NCBI GenBank assembly: GCA_012295275.1 | Contig: CM022669.1 | Location: 15,934,001 to 15,998,000 of the forward strand | Direction: 5' to 3' | Length of the DNA: 64,000 bases | DNA from: Chrysomallon squamiferum | Taxonomy: Eukaryota > Animalia > Mollusca | In this document: positions 59,225 to 64,000 of the stretch, piece after piece | How the letters are laid out: each line of letters starts with the position of its first letter | Numbering within the stretch: the stretch's first letter is position 1 | The notes under the pieces: generated by a model | What the model saw: the letters and a program-made list of their open reading frames with translations, nothing else | Database searches by the model: none | Told to the model about the DNA's origin: nothing | Translations under genes and position numbers: made by a program

Positions 59225-61783
59225 TTATTATTATTATAATTATTATTATTATTATTATTAGTGTAATTGTTGTTTATCTATTGATTTTATTTTAATTATT
59301 TATTATGATCTGAATGGAAAGTATTTCGATGATTAATCTGTTATCTTTCATATGTTAAAATGATAAAATTCTTTTTTCCTTTATCCCAAACTATCTGTCT
59401 GTCTACCTATCTATCTATATATCTGTCTTTCTGTCTATCTCAGTAATCTCAATTTCTCTCCTTCTGCCTCTTGCAAACCTTTTTTTTAAATTGTATCTCT
59501 TAATCCCCTACTCTATGTATATTTCAATAAAAAAAAAAACTGTAATACACCAGTAATTCCATCTAAAAGCAAAACTGTGTAATCGGCATAAAGACGAAGA
59601 CATTTTGTTTCTGAGAGGTTGATTCAATTAGAATATCTTCAATTCTAGTCACAATTCTATTAAGACCGATACACCGTGATTGTCCTAAGTGCATTTTAAG
59701 AGGTCTCGTTCCTAATTTGGAAGAGTGATTTTCGTGAAAATCACAACTGGTCATCTAATGGTCGATCGACAGCAGTTTGACCCATTTCTTGAATGATATC
59801 GTAAGAATGTGAGACGAGTTTTTCATGATTTATCCTTTGTTGTTTTAGAGAGAAAAAAAAAAAAGAGTTTAATTTTAGCACTTCCAACGAAATAAACTGA
59901 AAGTGTAACTCAGTGCTACTCTTCTGTGTTTGTTTATTTATGTAATAAAAGCACAGCTTGCACACATATACACACACGCACGGACACACAGACACACACA
60001 CACACACATATATATAACACTGTAGCCTTCATTTTAATAGCAGTGATGCGAAAAGTGTATGGTACTTCCTGCATTGTCTGCGGAAAAAGAATAAACATAA
60101 ATGGCAGGGCGACAAAATCCATATTAATAAGTATTATGTTATTACTCAAAACGTTTGTTTAAATACAATATTAATACATAACAGAAGAAACAAATAATGT
60201 TTTTAACTATATCGATAGAGTTATTCTTCTTTGTTATTATTATTATTTTTTTTTTTTTTCATCTTCTGTTTTCACAGTACTGCCATGCACCTCTTTTAAA
60301 TAGAGGAACAATCATAAACTTTTGACGTATTTTATTTTCAGCACGGAATACATTTACTTCAGAATAGTAACAACAAATCTAGGCACGTTTCTCCTTTAGC
60401 CACATTTATCCAAATAACAAAGTTTAACAATATTCCAAATATGGTATGTATATATATATGTATGTATGTGTATCTGTACATTTGTTTGTGTGTGCGTGTG
60501 TGTATGAACTGTATGCATATATTCATTAAGTACGTATTTGTATGTGTGTATGTGTGAGTGGGTGTGGGTTTTTTTTCTTTTTTTTCTACGACACGTCCAC
60601 TCCAATAAAGCTAAAAGAAAATGCTTCACGCCCTTCGGTTTAAAAATATTAAACATATAATTGTTAAACACATTATTATTATTATTATTATTATTGGTGA
60701 TGTTGCTATTGTTGTTGCTGCTGCTACTGATGCTGCTGAAGTTGTATCTGTTATCTTTCTTCGTTTTTTTTTTTTTTTCATTTTCTTATATTTTTACATT
60801 TTCATTTCATTTTAACAAATATATAGAATAACCGATAACTGCGTCGTTTTTCTGTTCTCTGCCTAACAAAACAATGACCACACAGTCATATTCCATCTTG
60901 TGTTGTGTAGTTACTGACAGTTCCACATCCTGTAACGTTCCACATTTTATAACAGTTCCACAGACTGTCAGTTTTGCATTACATAACCATGCACTCCACA
61001 ATGAAGCAGACCGCGCAAAATAAACTCATTAGGGAATGCTTCAGACAGTTAAAAAACAACAAAGATAACAATGTTATGTTTGAATTCCGTCGAGAATCAC
61101 GTATTGTTTTAACATTCGCATATCCGATATTTAAAACGTGCTAACCTGTAGCTAATTTGGTTTGCTTTAGTAGTATATCGTTGAACATTCGATCATTCGT
61201 TCATTAACTCATGCATTCGTTCGTTCATTCTCTTTATTCGTTCATCATTCGTTCATTTGTTTCTTCCTTTATTCATGCGTTAAATCATTCGTCACTAAAG
61301 TTTCTTAGCAATGTAGTTTTTTTTACAAATTTTGGCTTAATCTGTTTTATGTTTTCTTTCTTGCTATTACTATCTTTTCTTTCTTGACATGACGTTCTGT
61401 TTTAAAAATGCACATACATACAACGCAAACAGTTTAAAAAAAAAAAAAAAAAAATTCGTTGGGTTCTTTGCGAATAAGCTGTTTCAATAAACAAAATTTA
61501 GTTCTGTCTACAGTGTTGTTGTTTGTTGAGTTTTTTATTTCATTTTTCTTCTTTTCCTTTTTCTTTTTTCCCCAACAGAACGGTTCTTCAGACTTAATAA
61601 AAATGAATTTCCAGTCATCACAGTTCGCACCTGACTTTTAACCAAAGCAATATTTTAAACATTTATGTAATCCTCGTTCTAAAAGAAGAAATTCTGGCAT
61701 TACCGTTTTTGACAAGAACTGTTTACCTTTTATGTGCTGATAAGTCTATTCAAAGTAGATTCACAGGACATAAGGATATGTTT

Positions 61784-62155
61784 CCTACTGTCTTTTAGTT
61801 AAGCGCTAATCCTTTCGTTTTACAACTGACGCTGTTGTTTTAATCCTACTGTATTTAACTTAATCATTAATCTATTCATTATAATCTTGACCGCACTGTA
61901 TTAATCCTATTGTAGTTTAAGTTAATCGTTAATCCTTCTGTTACACCTTGATGTTGTTGTTTTAATCCTCCACCATTTAATTTAATCGATAATCCTTTTG
62001 CTATCCTCTTTATACCCTTGTTTTAATCTTGCCGTATTTAACTTAATCATTAATATTTTCACTATAACTTTGTTATTTTTTTAATATTTAATCCCCTACT
62101 GTATTTAACTTAAATTGCTAATCCTTTCGTTATACTCTCGACGTTGTTGTCTTTG
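61784..62155. repeat. Degenerate ~61-bp minisatellite, 6 copies, covering gene C's proximal 3' UTR, stop codon and last codons
   Basis: Units start at 61784, 61845, 61906, 61967, 62028 and 62095. Consensus is about CCTACTGTATTTAACTTAATCRYTAATCCTTTCGTTATAC..TGACGTTGTTGTTTTAAT. Confidence 0.85.
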
Positions 62156-62868
62156 AAGTGCTTCCGCGTATGGAAACTCCTTTAGAATCGAACGAATCAA
62201 ACCTTGTTCTTCTGTACCTGCGTCTCTCCAGACGGTAACACACAAAACAAAGACAACGCTTGAAATTCCTACGAAAGTTTTGACTGAAAATGCTGTACAG
62301 AATCGGATTGGCCGCCGAGTTGAGGTGAGTGATGATCATGACGAAAACTAGAAACTCCCAGTGTTCCGGAAGAGGCGATTTGGAAAAGGCGTTGTACAAG
62401 AAGTGAATCTGATGCGGCGAATAACTGGTGAAGTAAATGAGGACGCTGGCTACGAGCATCTTCACGACGCCCTTCCTTGCCCTGATGGTGTCCGCGGCGC
62501 GACCGCTGCGGCAGTTGGAGTCCGGCCTCATCTGAAACTGTGTGTTGAGCTTCTCCGTGCTGGCGTAAAGACGTCTTCCGATGATGGCGTACAGAATGAC
62601 CTGCACGACCAACGGTAAGAAGTAGAAAAGTAAAGATTCCATGTATTTGAAGATCATGAAGTATTTCTGGTGCTCGTTCCTGTCCATGGAGAATATGATG
62701 CGACACAGCGAGACTGGGTGATTGGGCAACACAGGCACGACTTGGTTGAAGATTAATGTCGGTAGTCCACAGCCTATTGACAAAGGCCAGATGCACGCGA
62801 TCACAAACAGGATCTTCTTTCGCGTGCAGACGATGTGCGCTTTTATTGGAAATACGATGGCGACGAAC
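62130..62868 (-). CDS. GPCR gene C, last coding exon (end of TM3 to TM7 and C-tail); first exon beyond right edge
   Basis: Minus-strand acceptor ...TTAAATTTGCAG|G TTC GTC GCC (AG at 62870-62869). This extends the ORF to (R)FVAIVFPIKAHIVCTRKKILFVIACIWP...ARKGVVKML...SYSPHQ...NSAANPILYSIFSQNFR...TTSRV*. Length 739 nt = 1 + 246 codons, the same phase as gene B exon 2. Confidence 0.94.
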
Positions 62869-63881
62869 CTGCAAATTTAAACGGAAAAATAAATAAATAT
62901 ATGCTTAATCAAAGTTATGGAATACATAGAATTTTTTTTTATATCTTTAATTTTTTTGTTACTTATATTTTACCTTGTTGGCTGCTTTGTGCCATTTAAA
63001 ACTCGATAACGTATCTTTATTGTAGTCCGTTATTTAATTTAAATAAATAAATAACTTAATTAATTATATGTTGCAAGAGTTTTGATATATATGGTGTATG
63101 GACAGACATGTGAATGGCTAGATACAAAAATCAATATATTAAAGATTAGTAATACAAAGTAGCCCAAGACTGATGTATTTAGATATTATTTTTTATCTGT
63201 TAAATTAAAACAAAATCACACTGTATTCGTAAATATAGCATTTCTTTCGAGAAGAAAAAAAAAGAAAGAAAAAGACATAAAAAAATCCAAAATCAATGAA
63301 ACAGTATAGAAAATTAATGTATATATATATATATATACATCCATATGTGTATATGTGTGAGCATAATATAAATAAATATGTTTGTATCTATGTATGGATG
63401 TGTGTATATATCTGTCTGTATGCATGCATGTATGTCTGCATGTATGTCTGTCTGTCTGTATGTATGTATGTATATATGTATGTATGCATGCATGTATGCA
63501 TGTCTGTATGTATGTATGTATGTATGGATGGATGGATGTATTTATGTACTTATGTAAATAATGAGTTTATTAATCCAAATTACTTTTTAACGCTGGATCA
63601 TTTGACGCTGATCTATATTTATTTGTCAGACAAGCTGCACATTAAACTACTAACAGAACAGAACGTTTCACCTAGACACAATTTCCCTTAAGGGTGAATT
63701 TTCTGCCTCGGGAAAACGTGTCTAACGTGATGAGAATTAGTCTAAACTTGTCTAGACAATGCTTCGTTTAAATCCGCGAGTCACGAGAGCTTGCCATAAA
63801 ATAAACGAAGTCATATTAATAATTAAATCCAGCCACGTATGGATATTAATAGTGACACAAAGGTCATGGTTACAGCAATTG

Positions 63882-63956
<75 letters not shown>

Positions 63957-64000
63957 TTTGTTGTACTTATTTACTTTTATTGCGCTCTGATTTTTTTTTT

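Noticed and set aside
59725-59744. Inverted repeat GTGATTTTC-GT-GAAAATCAC (and 12-bp palindrome CGCCATATGGCG at 52684-52695)
   Set aside because: These are isolated short palindromes with no associated element or gene.
61784-62155. CRISPR-like array (regularly spaced repeats)
   Set aside because: The context is eukaryotic, the whole unit is degenerate tandem sequence without unique spacers, and there are no cas genes.

Overview
This is AT-rich, microsatellite-dense animal genomic DNA, probably molluscan (inferred, not proven). It is not prokaryotic, and nearly all ORFs in the supplied track are simple-repeat artefacts. The real coding content is a cluster of three paralogous class A (rhodopsin-like) peptide-type GPCR genes. 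All three have an intron at the same phase-2 position, in the Arg codon of the TM3 E-R-x motif. Gene A (minus) shows only its TM1-3 exon at 9346-8886; its second exon must lie left of the window. Gene B (plus) is complete: 40430-40830 joined to 46860-47583, 374 aa. Gene C (minus) shows only its TM3-TM7/C-tail exon at 62868-62130; its first exon must lie right of the window. Also present are a 5' fragment of a Tigger/pogo DNA transposon (28569-28975), a decayed LINE 3' end inside the gene B intron, a 61-bp minisatellite whose terminal copy contains gene C's last codons and stop, 44-bp and 55-bp tandem repeats, a pair of perfect CRE palindromes and a G-quadruplex/polypyrimidine tract between the divergent genes A and B.
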